Made by a program: the position numbers and the translations under genes. This document shows positions 36,850 through 50,516 of a stretch of 64,000 nt of DNA, piece by piece. The DNA comes from Eledone cirrhosa. Its lineage: Eukaryota. Where the stretch lies: contig OZ024740.1 in NCBI GenBank assembly GCA_964016885.1, positions 170,376,001 to 170,440,000 on the forward strand. Reading direction: 5' to 3'. The notes below the pieces were generated by a model. It did not search any database, was not told where the DNA came from, and was given only the letters and a program-made list of their open reading frames with translations. The stretch's first letter is position 1. Each line of letters opens with the position of its first letter.

Positions 36850-39800
36850 GTTGCATTATCTTGCTTTATGTTCATATGAGTTATCACCAAGTCACAACTA
36901 GTGACCTCAAGAGACAACAAGGTCCGCCATTTTCAAGAAATAACATACATACACACACATGCATCTTTAGGTGTTAAGACTTGTGATGTACTTATATTGA
37001 CAGAATTTTCCTTAGTATATGGGCAGTTCCCATTAGTACTATCTTTTGTATTTCTCCTATACGCGGGTTTCCTGGGATTTGCGATAAGGATTCATTAGCC
37101 CCCTTAGGTATCATTCCTAGAGCGCCTACAACCACTGGTATTGTTTTAGTTCTCAATTTCCACATTTTTCCAATTTCTATCTCCAGTGCCTTATACTTGC
37201 TCAATTTTTCAAATGTTTTTATAGATACATTCTTGTCTATTGGAACGGAATATCAATTAGCAGGCATACGCTCTTTTTAAAGTCCTTCAGTATTATTTGC
37301 ATCTATTTTTCGGTCTGTTTGGATGCTAAAGTTCCACAAGATTGAGATGTGATCTTTTTCAAGTATGGGAGGTGGTTGATGCTCCCACCAATTCTTTTGA
37401 TGGGGCAGGTCAAAAAGCTTACACATTATCCAATGTATGTATTGTGCAGCTCTGTCATGCCTGTTTAGGTATTCGGTTGGAACTATAGGACTGCACATTG
37501 AAATTATATGATCAATGGTCTCTGGTTGTTTTTTACATACACGGCATAATGGGTTGCATCCATTTTTTATTATGTTGGCTTGGTAATTTTTTGTTGGCAG
37601 ACACTGATCTTGTGCTGATATAATCAGTCCTTCAGTCTCCGATTTCAGTCCAGAGGATGCCAACCACTGATGGGTTAAAGTTTTGTCAACATCAGGATTG
37701 TTAGCTCTTTCTGGGTATTTTCCATACAGCGGCTTTTCTTGCCATTTCTTAGCCAGTTTCTGTAGCAGTTCTTTCTTTGCAGTTAATTTTACCTGCTTTG
37801 CTTTTTCCGTGTTTTCCATTTCAGCACTAAATGGGACTTCTGAAATTTGTAGTCCATTACTGTATCTTTGTGCATCTTTTGTAATGGAGTATGATCTTTT
37901 GATGCTTTCGTGTTTCAAAACGAGTTTGATCATCCAATCATGTGATTCCCTTAGATATATAGATAATCCAATTGTTGCAGTTTTCAACGCAATATCTAAC
38001 TGGGTTAATCCACGTCCTCCTTCTTTCCTAAGGAGATATATTCTATCTATATCTGCCTTAGGGTGATGCATTTTGTGCATGGTTAAGAATTTTCTAATTT
38101 TTCTATCGAGCCTATGGATCTGTGCTTGACCAGTTGATGACATTGTAACTGTAGGTTACTACTGGTATGGCAAGCGTGTTTATGGCATCGATCCTATTCC
38201 TTGCATTCAATTCCATTCTTAAGATTGCTCTTACTCTGCGGTAACATTCCTTCCTTATCCTCTCCCTTATTGTCGAGTGCTTGATTCCGTCTCCTTCACA
38301 AATACCTAGATACTTGTAAGTTTCCTCTTGATCAACTTCTCTTATCACATTCCCCCGATCAAGATTAATGTCTGAACTTTTCAGCAGCTCTCCTCTGGTG
38401 AACGTTGCTTTGGCGCATTTATCTAGTCCAAACTCCATTTTAATGTAATCACAGTGGATAATAGCCCTTGCAATTGTTTATCATTTTATGCAAATAGTTT
38501 CAGGTCATCCATGTAGAACAAGTGATTAATGGTTTTGTCATAGACTTTATATCCATGTTTTGTTTCATTGAGCATTTTACTTAATGGTATAAGTGGGATG
38601 CAGAATAAAAGCGGTGATAAAGAGTCACCCTGAAAAATTCCACAATTAATATTAACTTCTCCAGCTTCCAGTGATTTTGTCGTTTTCCATGTCTTCATAC
38701 TGAATGACAGGAACCTCCTGACAACGGGAGATATTTTGAAAATCTCTAAACATTTTTCAATCCAACTGTGTGGCAAACTATCGAATGCTTTTTTATAATC
38801 TATCCAAGCAATTGATAGATTCTTGTGTCTATTATGACAATCTTCCAGTATCATTTTGTTAACCAAAAGCTGATCCTTACAGCCATATGAGCCTCGTTTA
38901 CACCCTTTATGCTCATTGGGAAATAGATCATTTGTTATCAGGTGGCCATATGTATATTCAGTTAGGACTGATGTTAACATTTTATATATTGTGGTCAAGC
39001 AAGTTATCGGTCTGTAATTTTGGGGATTGTTTGTCTCATCATTCTTCGGAAGCAGGAATGTAATGCCGTTACCTAGCCATGATGGTATCTTTTCTAGCTC
39101 CTTAACTATTTCATTGTAAAGTTGGGCTAACAGCTCATGAGACTCTGTGACGGCATTTATCCAAAAATTTGGTATTTTGTCTTTTCCTGGGGATTTCCAT
39201 TTGCTGGTTTTTCTAAGAGCCAAACGCAACTGTTCAACTGTTATATTTTCCCATATTTGTTCCTCAAGGTGAGCTGTATCTTTCATTTGTCTGTCTATAT
39301 ATGGGGCATGTATATTATGAACTTTTTCTTCGGCCCAGATATTTTCCCAGAATTCTTGCACTTCCTCCTTGGGTGGTATTGATTTAGCAGTTATTGTTGA
39401 CTTGCCAATTTTTCTGTAGAAGTTTCTTTGGTTGTTTTTGAACATATTATTGTCCTTATAGAATCTAGATCCTTTTTCAAAGCGCCTTATACGAGCAGCT
39501 TTGGCCGACAGTTTTTGCTTGATTATTTCTATCAGCATGACTATGTCACTTGTTGATTTTATACTGTATTTCCTTTTCAATTTTCTAAGTTTAGTTTGTT
39601 TAACATGTTCACCTACTTTGTAGTTTGTTAAAATTTCTATGTCAGATCGGAGAAGGTTTATTTGGTGATTGATGTTCTCTTGCCAAGTAGATTTCTTGTG
39701 GGAATTCCTTTGTTTTGTCATTTTCACTCCACATAAGTGAGTGGTGATTTTAGCCGATGCATAATAGAGATGATTTACATCAGTAATGTTTAGTTTGTTT

Positions 39801-41764
39801 CTGATGATAGTGTGTTTGAGAATTATGTTAGTCTTGTGTATTATCTTTTGGTCCTGTTTGGAGTTCTGGATCTTAGGGATAGTGTCTCGTTCCCCCATGT
39901 CAGATTCTTTCATTTTCATCCATTCGATCATAATTTCATCCTTCGAGTTGGCAAGTGCATTCTCATTCATTTCTTTATCATTTACGATCTCATTGTTTTC
40001 ATTTTCAGTTTCACCATGAGCATGCACTCCCTCCACTTTTTCGATCCTTTCTTTAATTTGTTCTGTTTTCAGTGATTCCGCCCCAACCCTGGGATTCGAA
40101 GTGTTACAATTTACCTCGTTTTCACTGACACATGTTTCATTTTCCCTTCGCTGACTTTGTGCTAATAGCTTGATCTGATCAATTTCGATATTAGTATAGT
40201 AACTTATCAATTTCTATATTAGTTAGTAACTTTTTTTTAACAATATTTCTTCGTATATTGGCTAGTTTGTTACTGTCAATATAGCCTCTGTTTACGGGAT
40301 GTTTCTTTTTCCAGTTGATATATGTCTGTTCTGTATTCGATGTATTTGATGGGTAGTATAGGGCAGTGTAGAAAGCCTCAAGAACTTCTTTATTGTCTTC
40401 CCTTGACCATTTTTCTCTATTTTTCTTTGGGTTTCTTGGTGGTGAGCATGGAGGGCCAACAGTAGGAGTATTCCGGTTATGGGAGGTCTCCAGCTCCGAA
40501 GTGATGGGAAGGTTTGAACCATTAGCTGATTTTTCGACCCCAGTCTGGTTCCTCTCTGAGGGACGCAGCCCTTTTTGACTCGGGTGACGGCCAATCCGGT
40601 ATGAGATTTTATCATTTGACATTTACTTTATTTTGTCGTGTTTTATCCTTAACCGCCAAGGGGTAATCATTTCGTGTTACCACTTCTAGGACGAGTGACA
40701 ACCAAGACTAGAGAGGTCGTCCTCCCCTAGAGACACGGCTATTCTCCGCCGGCCGCCGGCCGCCATCCTGGTATTTCTTGGTCACGGGATTTTCTTTTTT
40801 GTTGTTTTTTAAATTGTTATTATCATCATGAGTGGTTCCTTAATGTGAGCATTGCGTGGCTTAAGAATGAAATTATTATTAATAATATAATATACTTTTT
40901 GTTGAAGTTTCCTGTTATTGTTGTTGGCTATGTCGGTGGTGGTGCTGGGACTTTTTCTATTGTTGGTGGGGAAGGGGAGAGCCAGCAGTGCCATAGTCGT
41001 TGAAGTTTGACCGAGTCACTAAGTCAGTCTATTTATATCTTTTGCTAGCCTCTCCCTTGTCTAGTGATACTGCCACCTTCCCCTTTCTTAAGTTAACAGA
41101 AGGTAGTGGGGTAATAGTGGTGGTAGCAATGAAGGAGTGGTGGCGGCGGTGATGGGATAGTGGTAGCAATGATGGAGTGGTGGCGGCGGTGACTATAGTG
41201 ATGGCGTTGTCGTTACTGAGTTTTGTTGAATAGACTGTAATAGTATGCGTTTGTTTGATCTGTGTATCTATGCGGTTTGTCGCGTATGTTTAATATATGT
41301 GTTGACATATTTTCTTAATATTTGAATTAAACATTTTGAGGAAACTTGAGATACAATAATAGTAATTATTATTATTATGCTAGGATTGGTGGTGGTGGTG
41401 AAATTGCCGTTATCTGGCTGTTGTATTTAGTGTACACAGAGGGTGATGTGATAGGTGGTGTATCTAGTTTGTGGTGTTGGTGAAATTACTGTTATTTGGC
41501 TGTTCTATATAGTGTAGACAGAGGTGGTTTTCTTCCATTTATAACCATTTTCTTTTTTGAATATAAAATTTATAATACAAAATTGAATATTTGAGCGATA
41601 TAACGGGATATTATGGGATCAAATTTTCTGAGAGCGGAGTCTGGTGCTTTATGTCTCATTTGTACAAAGAATTGTTATATCACAATTGTTTTAAATATGT
41701 TAAAAATCAAAAACTTACGGGAACGATTTCATAACATTCTATCCACTACGTGCATCTTCTTCCC
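36850..41764 (-). mobile_element. Full-length decayed R4/Dong element (Dong-B), divergent from Dong-A
   Basis: 5' end GGGAAGAAGATGCA matches Dong-A GGGAAGAAGACGCA; 3' end abuts (TAA)n. Confidence 0.9.
36992..40622 (-). pseudogene. R4/Dong RT-CCHC-RLE ORF with several frameshifts
   Basis: Pieces 40191-40622, 38486-40210 (NYRPITCL, GIFQGDSLSP, FYMDDLK), 38112-38438, 37277-38143 (CRVC..HIISMC, RHD), 36992-37204 (IPVVVGALG). Confidence 0.92.
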
Positions 41765-41804
41765 TTCTTTCCTTCTTCTTCTTATTCTTCTTATTATTAT
41801 TATT

Positions 41805-44800
41805 GGCGACCTATGTAGTAAATCGTATCATCGTGAGCTCCGCAAAGGTTTGTTATTTCCGTTTGTTAAAAATTGCCATTTATGGAAAATTTTTATTGTT
41901 AACTATATATAAGCGCACATACATTGTTTTCCGAAAAGGACACCTAAAAAGATTGGGGCCTTGTGCCCAAAATTTAAACTTTTATGATTATCAAAAAATT
42001 TCTTTGGAAAAAAAATGGCTAATTCACCTCTGCACCAAGCAGCTGAGAGCCTTCCTCACAAATTAACACCTCACACCGACACCACCATTGTAAATGTTAC
42101 TACGTTTGCCAACACTAAAAAAATATAAGCAGTAGCAATATTTTAAATTTGTCTCAGGCAGACATTCATTTCCCGCCATTACCAATGACTGCAGGTGTTA
42201 AAGCCACCACCACCACCACCACCGCGACAACCCCCACCCCCACCACCACCGCGACAACAGAAACAAAAGGAAAAAATAAATCAACTCGTGATGTCGAAAT
42301 ATTTTCAACCAAAATGGACTCATCCACACCGAACACCACTGACGTCACCACCACCACAACTGAAACTAAAATTAATAATAACAAAAATAACGATAACAGC
42401 AACAGCAACAATGACATTAAAAAAACCACCCTGAGTTTTGCCAGAGTAGAAAAACAGAGCGAAGCATTTACGGTAACTCAGGAGGAATTAGAAAATGCCA
42501 AAAAAATGGTAAAGAAATATGGGTACAGGGTCAGCCCCCCACCCCCCACACACACACACACACACCTAATAAAATGGAGCATCGGCGCCTATGCACCGTG
42601 TCGTATCGAACAATTAATGTAAAATCGCGCCGAGTGGAACGGGCATCCGAATCCCAAATCCAAAAAGCTTTGGGACATGTGTGGGCAAGAAACACCCACA
42701 TCAGACGTGGGAAAAAGTATGGAACCGTGGACGTGTTCTTTTAAACACCAGAGGAGGCTAGAGAACACTCCATGGCCCCATTAAGAAGTGACGACTTCAC
42801 ACTCGTCCCAAGCTATTGTGGCCAGAGACTCGTAAAGATAAGGGTGACCCACGTTCCACCGGCCATCGAAATTCCCTGGCTAATAGCGGCCGTCCTCGCC
42901 GGCATCGAAGCCAACACAAAGATAATAGCAATAGCAAAAGAAAAGCAGGAGAACTGGTCCGGATCTGGGATGGAGTTCCTGATCCAAGCGGACCAAAATA
43001 GCATTGAGGAGATCCCAGAGGTAATAGACCTCACTGACGACAGCCACCTCACCGTAATTGTCGAGGGCAGAAGGCCTAGGTGTGTCGTTTGTGGTGAAGG
43101 AACCCACCTAAGCGCTTTCTGCCCTCAGGCTAAAAAGTTGAGGCCACCTCTCCTACCCACCCCAGTGACTCAACCATCAACACCACCAGTAGCAGAGATG
43201 GCAGCAACAACTGTAGCAGCAACAACAGAAGCAACTATAACAGCAACAACCCCAGCAACAGTAGCAAAACCAACACCACCACAACGCTTCAGAACTAGCA
43301 CCAGCGCCTACACCATCCACCAGCGCCTACACCATCCACCACGCCACATCCAAAACTAACGCCTGTGGCCACTCCCCGGCCGATCACAACTGGAGACAGA
43401 TTGTGACGACGAGGAGTGGGAAACGGTATCAGGAAAAAAAAAAAGAAACCAAAAAAGAAAAAATTCTCTTCCTTCCCCCTCCAAAAACTAAATACAGAAG
43501 GAAACAAATAAATTAACAAACAAAAAAGTTAGGACAGATATGCCACCATCCACACCAGCATCACTAACCCCATCACCCCAAACACCAACACCATCACCAT
43601 CATTAACCCCAACACCACCATCACCAAAATGCGAAACAGAAACAAGCCCACAACAAACGCAAACAAAACAAAACAACCAAAACGATACACACTACACTGC
43701 ATTAAATTTGAAAAACAACCAATTATTACACTACATCCAACACAACACCAGCATCACAGAAAAAGACTACACAACAACCCCAAAATTCACACCACCTCCA
43801 CACATACAAATCACTCGCATCACACAGAAAACGTACATGACACTAAAACAAAAATTCCCCAAAGACATCGGAGACTTCCGACAAGCACTCTCCAGGTGGA
43901 TTTATAAGGACATCCTTCTTGAGGAGGCCACAAGCAGTGAAAAGGATGGAAAAACAGTCCTTCCTCTACGAGAAGTAAGGTAAGTGGTCTTTCCCATCTT
44001 TTCCACTCCATTTCAACATGACCTCACTCAGAATAGGCAGTATAAATGCGCGTGGCTTGGGGTCGTCATGGAAGCAGGGCCACCTGCTCAACGACCTCAG
44101 GTCACTAAACATAGATGTAGTGGCCATCAGCGAGACCACAATCTCCGAAGCACGGGCCTTCGCACCGATCTTCGGCGGCTACGATGTGTACGCATCTCCC
44201 AGCCGTCCGGGATCGGGGGGTGGAGTTGCTGTGCTTTTTCGGAGAGGTTTGGATCTTGCCATACGGGCCATCTTCCTGGACCCAGAAGGTAAGTTGGTGG
44301 TTCTGGACGTGACCAGCGGAGACGGGCAAACGTTCAGGTTAGTGGCCGTCTATGCCCCGACAGGAGCAGAGCGGCCTGATTTCTTTCGGCGTCTGGAGAC
44401 CTTTCTTGGAACGTCCCGCTCTTTAGTGTTAGTGGGCGACTGGAACGGGATCTTAGGGGAGGAGGGTGCAAGAGTCTCACCAACCTGCCCAGGCATTTTG
44501 AACTGTCTGACAGGTACCGATTGGATTTCCCGAATGTACCAATGTGGAGTTGGACAAATCGCATAGGGTCATCCAGATCATATCTAGATAGAGTATTTTG
44601 TAGGGAAATAGATAGGTCTAGCATAGGCTGTCCACAATTCAAGATAGTAAGCTATACGGACCACAAATTCGTGATCTGTGTGCTTGACTTAGATAGGCTT
44701 CATAGACGAGGACCCGGCTACTGGAAGCTAAACGCGTCCTTACCAGCGCGCAAGGCCTACAGAGACGGGATTAGCGAACTAATTAAGCGGGCGTTGACGG

Positions 44801-47550
44801 AGGCCATCGTCAACAACAAGTGGTGGTTTGCTCTGAAAAGAGAAATTAGAATAGAGTCCATTAGGTTTAGTAAGGCTTTAGCAATAGAGAAAAATAGAGC
44901 AGAGGGAGAATTAGTCATAAAATTAGACGAGGCGCTTTGCAAAGGCATCGCGACCGACCTACTTGCGGCGAAATTGGCCCTTGACCAATTCTTCAATGCA
45001 AAGCACGAAGGCTGCGTTGTCAGAGCTAGGGTGCGTGCTCTCAGACACGAGGGGACGAAAGCCGTTCAATGGGCCCGAGTGGCGGAGGCGCGTCGTGGCA
45101 ACAAAGCCACGATCCGCTCTTTGGTGGACCACGACGGGCGCATGCTACTCGATCCCGGGCAAATGTGTGAAGCTTTTCAGCAACACTTCGCTCAACTGTT
45201 CGGGGGCTATGGCGGGCCGGATCGAGGGATGAACTTTAGTGTCTACCTCGACGGACTGCCGCGGCTCTCGGCCACTGAGGCGGAGTGTTGCGAAAAGCAG
45301 ATAACAGCCGCTGAAGTACGGGAGGCAATGACTGGCTGCACAAGGGGTAAATCGACTGGTTTGGATGGTCTGCCCTATGAACTTTACGTACAAATACCAG
45401 ACTTGATCGGAGGCTTCTTGGCGGACGTCTACTGCAACTGGCAACAGAACGGGAAAATTCCAAGCTCTGTGAGCCGAGGAGCGGTGACGCTGCTGAGAAA
45501 GGATCCGAACAAGGGGGATAACATAGATAATGTTAGGCCCATAACTCTGCTAAACACTGATTTCAAGATTTTGGCCAAGGTGCTAGCAAAGAGGTTGGCG
45601 CTTGTCGTTGGTGGTCTAGTGGGAGACGCGCAGACATGCGCCATTCCCGACAGATCCATCCACGACAACCTCCACCTCATGCAATGCATCGTAGAGAGGG
45701 TAGCTAGGGAACCTTGCACGGGTGGGTCTTTGATAAATTTAGATCATTCGAAAGCTTTCGATAGGGACGACCATCGTTACCTAGCGGCAGTCCTGAGGGC
45801 GGCTGGCTTTGGGCCCGTCTTCAGAGGCTGGATCGCTGCCATGCACAGCGACATCTGCTCTGTGGTGAGAGTGAACGGTCACCTTTCGGGACCGTTCAAC
45901 ATCATGCGCTCGGTCCGCCAAGGATGTCCCCTCTCGTCCCTCTTGTACGTATTGACTCTCGAACCATTACTGCATAAACTGAAGACGTGGAGGGGGTCCC
46001 GCGCGAACTAGGAAGCGAAAGATCCGTGTCAGCATATGCGGACGATGTCACCGTAGTGGTGTCGAACGCCAAACAGATCGAGGCGATCGGCACTACACTA
46101 AGAGAATAAGAAGCGGTGACAGGAGCAATGATCAACCAGGAAAAGTCAGTGGGCCTGCAGCTCGGCACCTGGAGAGGCAGGTCCATGCCGTCCAACAGCG
46201 TCGTCGGGCGCTGGACGGACGGACCGGTTAAATTGCTAGGGGTCTGGTTCGGTCCAGACCTCCAGACGGACAAAAACTGGGACGAGGTGACGAGCAGGGT
46301 GGCTTCTCTCACCCAGAAATGGGCCGAGAGGAAGCTATCCATGAAAGGTCCAGCGGAGATGGCTAACGCGTACATCGCGTCCGTCATCTACTACCGCCTG
46401 ACCGTCGTACCTTGTCCTAAGCCCCGCCTGACTGCGATGGAGCGTTTGCTCTTTCGCTTTTTGTGGAAGGGACGCTCTCCGATGGTCAGGCGGTCCATCT
46501 GCCGTCAACACCCGCTACGAGGAGGGCTGGGCATGCCGTGGCTGATGATGCGCAGACACGCACTCAGGCTACGACATCTCCACCACTTCCTCGACGGTGA
46601 TCAGGTGTGGTCGCCGTTTGCTAGACACGTCTTTCCCCAGCTCGTCTCCTTGACGGAGCTGCAGTCCTGGGTCAAGCGAAGACCGAGAGGGAGCGCTTGG
46701 AGACTGGAATGTTTTCAGGCGCTCACAGCCCTCGACCAATCGGGCAATGTGATCGATAGAAACTCTACCTTGGCGTTCTATAGAGGATTAATGGAGGGGG
46801 AGATCGACGACGTACTTGGAGACGTGCTACCGGGGAGCTTTGCCAGTTCGGGATAAACTCTACAGGCATGGAGGTGCCGTCAGCCGGGCATGTCCGCGAT
46901 GCGCGCAGGGCGACGAAACCGTCCTGCACGCACTCGTCCAGTGTCGGAGCATTGCTGACTTGTGGGTTTATGTCGAACACCTGCTGTCACGTATAGGACG
47001 AATCCAACTATCAGCTGAGTCCATCGTGAGGATTGCCCCGCCCTCTTCCTTTAGCCGGGAAGGGCAGGCAGTTTTTATCTGTCTGGTGGCCATGGCGAAA
47101 GAGATAGTATGGTGGACACGTTTGAAAGGGCTGAAGACGAGCACTTACCTCTTCGGTGATGCCCTGATTAACTTTTTCAAATTTCATTTGAAAAGGAAAA
47201 TCAGGGTAGAGAGTTAAGTGCTCTCTTCCCAGCATTTTGTTGAAAGATGGGTGAGTTAAGCAAGTATGGCCCGAGTGAATGGGCCTACTCTGAGTATGTG
47301 TCTGTAAATTAAAGGTGGAAAACTGGGAGAGGGCACTTGCCCTGGTGGACAGGGTCACTGTGGCCTTTTAATGGGCTTTCTCCACAAATGTCCCTCGGAA
47401 GTCTCCCCCCTATTGCGGAATTTTTCTTTGTTATTTTATTACATCCTCTGTTTTTTTTACACGCAGAAATGCCCATTTGTACCGTCCTGCATTGTCCTGT
47501 ACTGTCCTTAATGTCTACTTTGTGTAAACCCTTGTGGTTAATAAAGAAAA

Positions 47551-47551
<1 letters not shown>
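41805..47551 (+). mobile_element. Tx1 LINE copy C (ORF1 type B), more decayed
   Basis: Same 5' start as copy B; ORF1 ~42015-43983; ORF2 44018-47307 with deletions (~44456, ~46820) and stops; (ATT)n 47552-47590. Confidence 0.92.
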
Positions 47552-47590
<39 letters not shown>

Positions 47591-47594
47591 TTTT

Positions 47595-47780
47595 GGATTG
47601 GCAGTATCGGTAGAGGGTCGGACGCCATGCTTTCCAGCATAGTTACGTCCCTTTACGATCTGAGTTCAAATCCCGCCGAGGTTGACTTTGCCTTTCATCC
47701 TTACGGGGTCGATTAAATAAAGTACCAGTAATGCACTGGGCAATTGCTGGTCTTGTGCCTAAAGTAGAAACAATTATTAT
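47595..47780 (+). mobile_element. tRNA-derived Meta-like SINE
   Basis: Same family as 22296-22483; follows the ATT tail of Tx1-C. Confidence 0.85.
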
Positions 47781-47955
47781 TCTTATTATTATCCGATATA
47801 AACCCCATAAATACATATATGTAATCCGCTATGTGAAAGCGAAAAATCAAATTCTAATTTGGATTTTATGTATGTATGTATGTATATATATATGTATGCA
47901 TGTAGGTATGTATGTTTGTAAGAAAATCAAGGATAAGAAACTATCATTTATTCAT

Positions 47956-48281
47956 ACATGTCTACGAACGTTTCAGCACGGCTAAAATATCTCATCCATT
48001 TGCAGAGCAACTGGAGTTTATTAGGCAACAATTATCCCCATTATTAGTGCTTTATTGGCGGTGAATTGGCAGTATCGGTAGAGGGTTGGACGCCATGTTT
48101 CTAGCATAGTTACGTTCCTTTACGATCTGAGTTCAAATCCCGCCGAGGTTAACTTTGCCTTTCATCCTTACGTGGTCGATAAAATAAAGTACCAGTAATG
48201 TACTGGGTAATTGCTGGCCTTGTGCCTAAAGTAGAAACAATTATTAGTGCTTTAATCCAACCGCATCTCTTCAGGAAATAT
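47956..48281 (-). ncRNA. Hammerhead with extended stem II, interrupted by a SINE
   Basis: Reverse complement atatttc-CTGAAGA-gatgcggtt...agccgtgct-GAAA-cgttcg-TA-gacatgt. Confidence 0.55.
48055..48239 (+). mobile_element. Meta-like SINE with 15-bp TSD
   Basis: TSD attattagtgcttta at 48040-48054 and 48240-48254. Confidence 0.9.
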
Positions 48282-48664
48282 TATTCAGAACATAAATTTA
48301 CGAATACCAACAATATCAAGATAGCGAAAACAGTCAACTTTTAAGCAGGCAGTAAGATTAGAGTGCATGTTATGCAGAAGAATCTTTTATATATATATAT
48401 ATATATATTTTAATTATGCAAGATTATAAGTTTATTTTTGTTCTTGCTTTTCAATAAAATTTGTTTCCTTGATGCTAATTGGTTTAATACAGAAGGTTTT
48501 AATGTTTTTGTTTATAAAGTTAAGATAGTTTGTTTATTTAGTTATAAGAGAAAATATTTGAAAATCATTCGGCATTTATCTTACCTAAGAAAATAGTGAA
48601 GTAATACACTATAACCACACATTCACACGCATACACACACACACAGACACATATATATATATAT

Positions 48665-48725
<61 letters not shown>

Positions 48726-49527
48726 AATGTTGCAAACGGAAAAAAAACAACGAACTGCGTGTGACGAATGAACATAAGCATCTATCTTCCTAATCAGACA
48801 CACTCTAGGCAATGCAATTTCATGCATGACGGTTGTATTGCATAAATCTATGCCCAGATCGCACGACGGCTTCAAAAAGCCACCGGAATGATGCATACGT
48901 GAGAAGACAAAACGTAGAGACAGGGGACAATAACAGAGTGTCTGTCAACGAGGACAGCAAAGCGAATGCATTAAAAAATTAGAAGCAAATGTATTACGAC
49001 AGAGAATTTGTGCAAATTGTAACGCCCGAAGTAGGGAAATATCAACTAACTTTCCTAAAACGATGATAGAATAATCTTTTAAAATTTTAAATTTAAATTT
49101 AAGTATTTATTTTTATTAATCCTTCTTTTAATTTAGTACATTCTAATTTAATATATATTGCTTAATAAAACATTTTTAAAAGTAAGTTTTCTATATTCAC
49201 ATATATATGTATGCACACGTCTATGTGTTGCTAAGAGGTTAATTAAACTAGTAAGACGATCCAGAAAGAAGAATATAGACAAAATTCATTATGTGTGTGT
49301 GTCTGTGTGTTTATGTGTGTGTGTGTGCGTGCGTGTGAGAGAGAGAGAGAGTTGTTGCGCTGGTTAGCAAACAGTTAATTGTTTATACATTTCACACTTC
49401 TATGATTTTATAGACTTCTAAGGAAAACATTATTTGTATTTAATCGATTCTCATGAGCTTATTGACAGGAATGGAATATTCTAGTTATCTTAACGAAACG
49501 GTCGTAAATTAAGTGATTTAAATTAGA

Positions 49528-49635
<108 letters not shown>

Positions 49636-49779
49636 GAAACCTAGTGTGCGACGGCACTCAACTTCCCCACGTATCGATTACTTAATTGAACATGGTCTTA
49701 CTTGTTTAAACTGGCAACTCCCAATCTATTTATCTATCTATATATTTACCGATATATATATACTTTCACAGAAATAAAC

Positions 49780-50450
49780 ATGTGGAAAGCTCCAGGTTTG
49801 GATGGAATACCTGTTGCTCTGATCCGCTTTGGAGAAGACAATGATGTCATGACCATTCATGGACTAGTTTAAACTATTTGGCATGGTGAGCCTGTCTCGC
49901 AAGACTGGGTAGATGCAATTTTGCTGTCGATTTACAAGGGCGAGGGCTCCAAGTCTGAATGCAGTGATTATCGTGGTACAACTCTGCTCGAATCGGTAGA
50001 AAGTGTCTTGTCCAATGTCCTGTTGCTATCCTTGAGACTCAGTGTGGATATAGAACTGGCCGGAGTATCAGGCAGCGAAAAGGATTTCATCATTAGTCTA
50101 TCCGACGCATTCTGAACATCAAGTGGACCTCTTACACTTGAGAAAGCTGGCAACACCATTATTGAGAAGCAGATTATTATTGGGCTGGCCCTGCACTCTG
50201 GCGGGAAGATGGAAGGCTGCTTAAACTGTTATTTTAAAGATGGCTGACCAGAGGGAAAAGGCCTCTACATAAAACAAAGGGATGTCATAAAATACAATCT
50301 TAAAGTTCTGAAGATCGATATGGAAAACTGGGTGACATTGGCTGAAAGCTGGACATGATGGAGAATGTTGCAAACAGGAGATATTCTTTCAAGGCTAGCA
50401 ACAATATGGCTAACAACTTCGGTTTTTGTTTTGCACAGCCTACGTTTATT
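49780..50450 (+). pseudogene. RTE-clade LINE RT remnant
   Basis: KAPGLDGIP..IW..E.V.QDWVDA..SIYKGEGSKSECSDYRGTTLL, then degenerate LKIDMENW..LAESW..WR C-terminus. Confidence 0.75.
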
Positions 50451-50516
50451 GTCAAATGATGACTTTCCTCTTTTGCGCAGGAGGTACCTGATGGAGTTTT
50501 GTTGTTCCTTGATTAC

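Noticed and set aside
41955-41985. Tx1-C 5'UTR 'ggccttgtgcccaaaattt' resembling the SINE tail
   Set aside because: Only ~11 nt identical and not conserved in copy B (ggccttaagccc)
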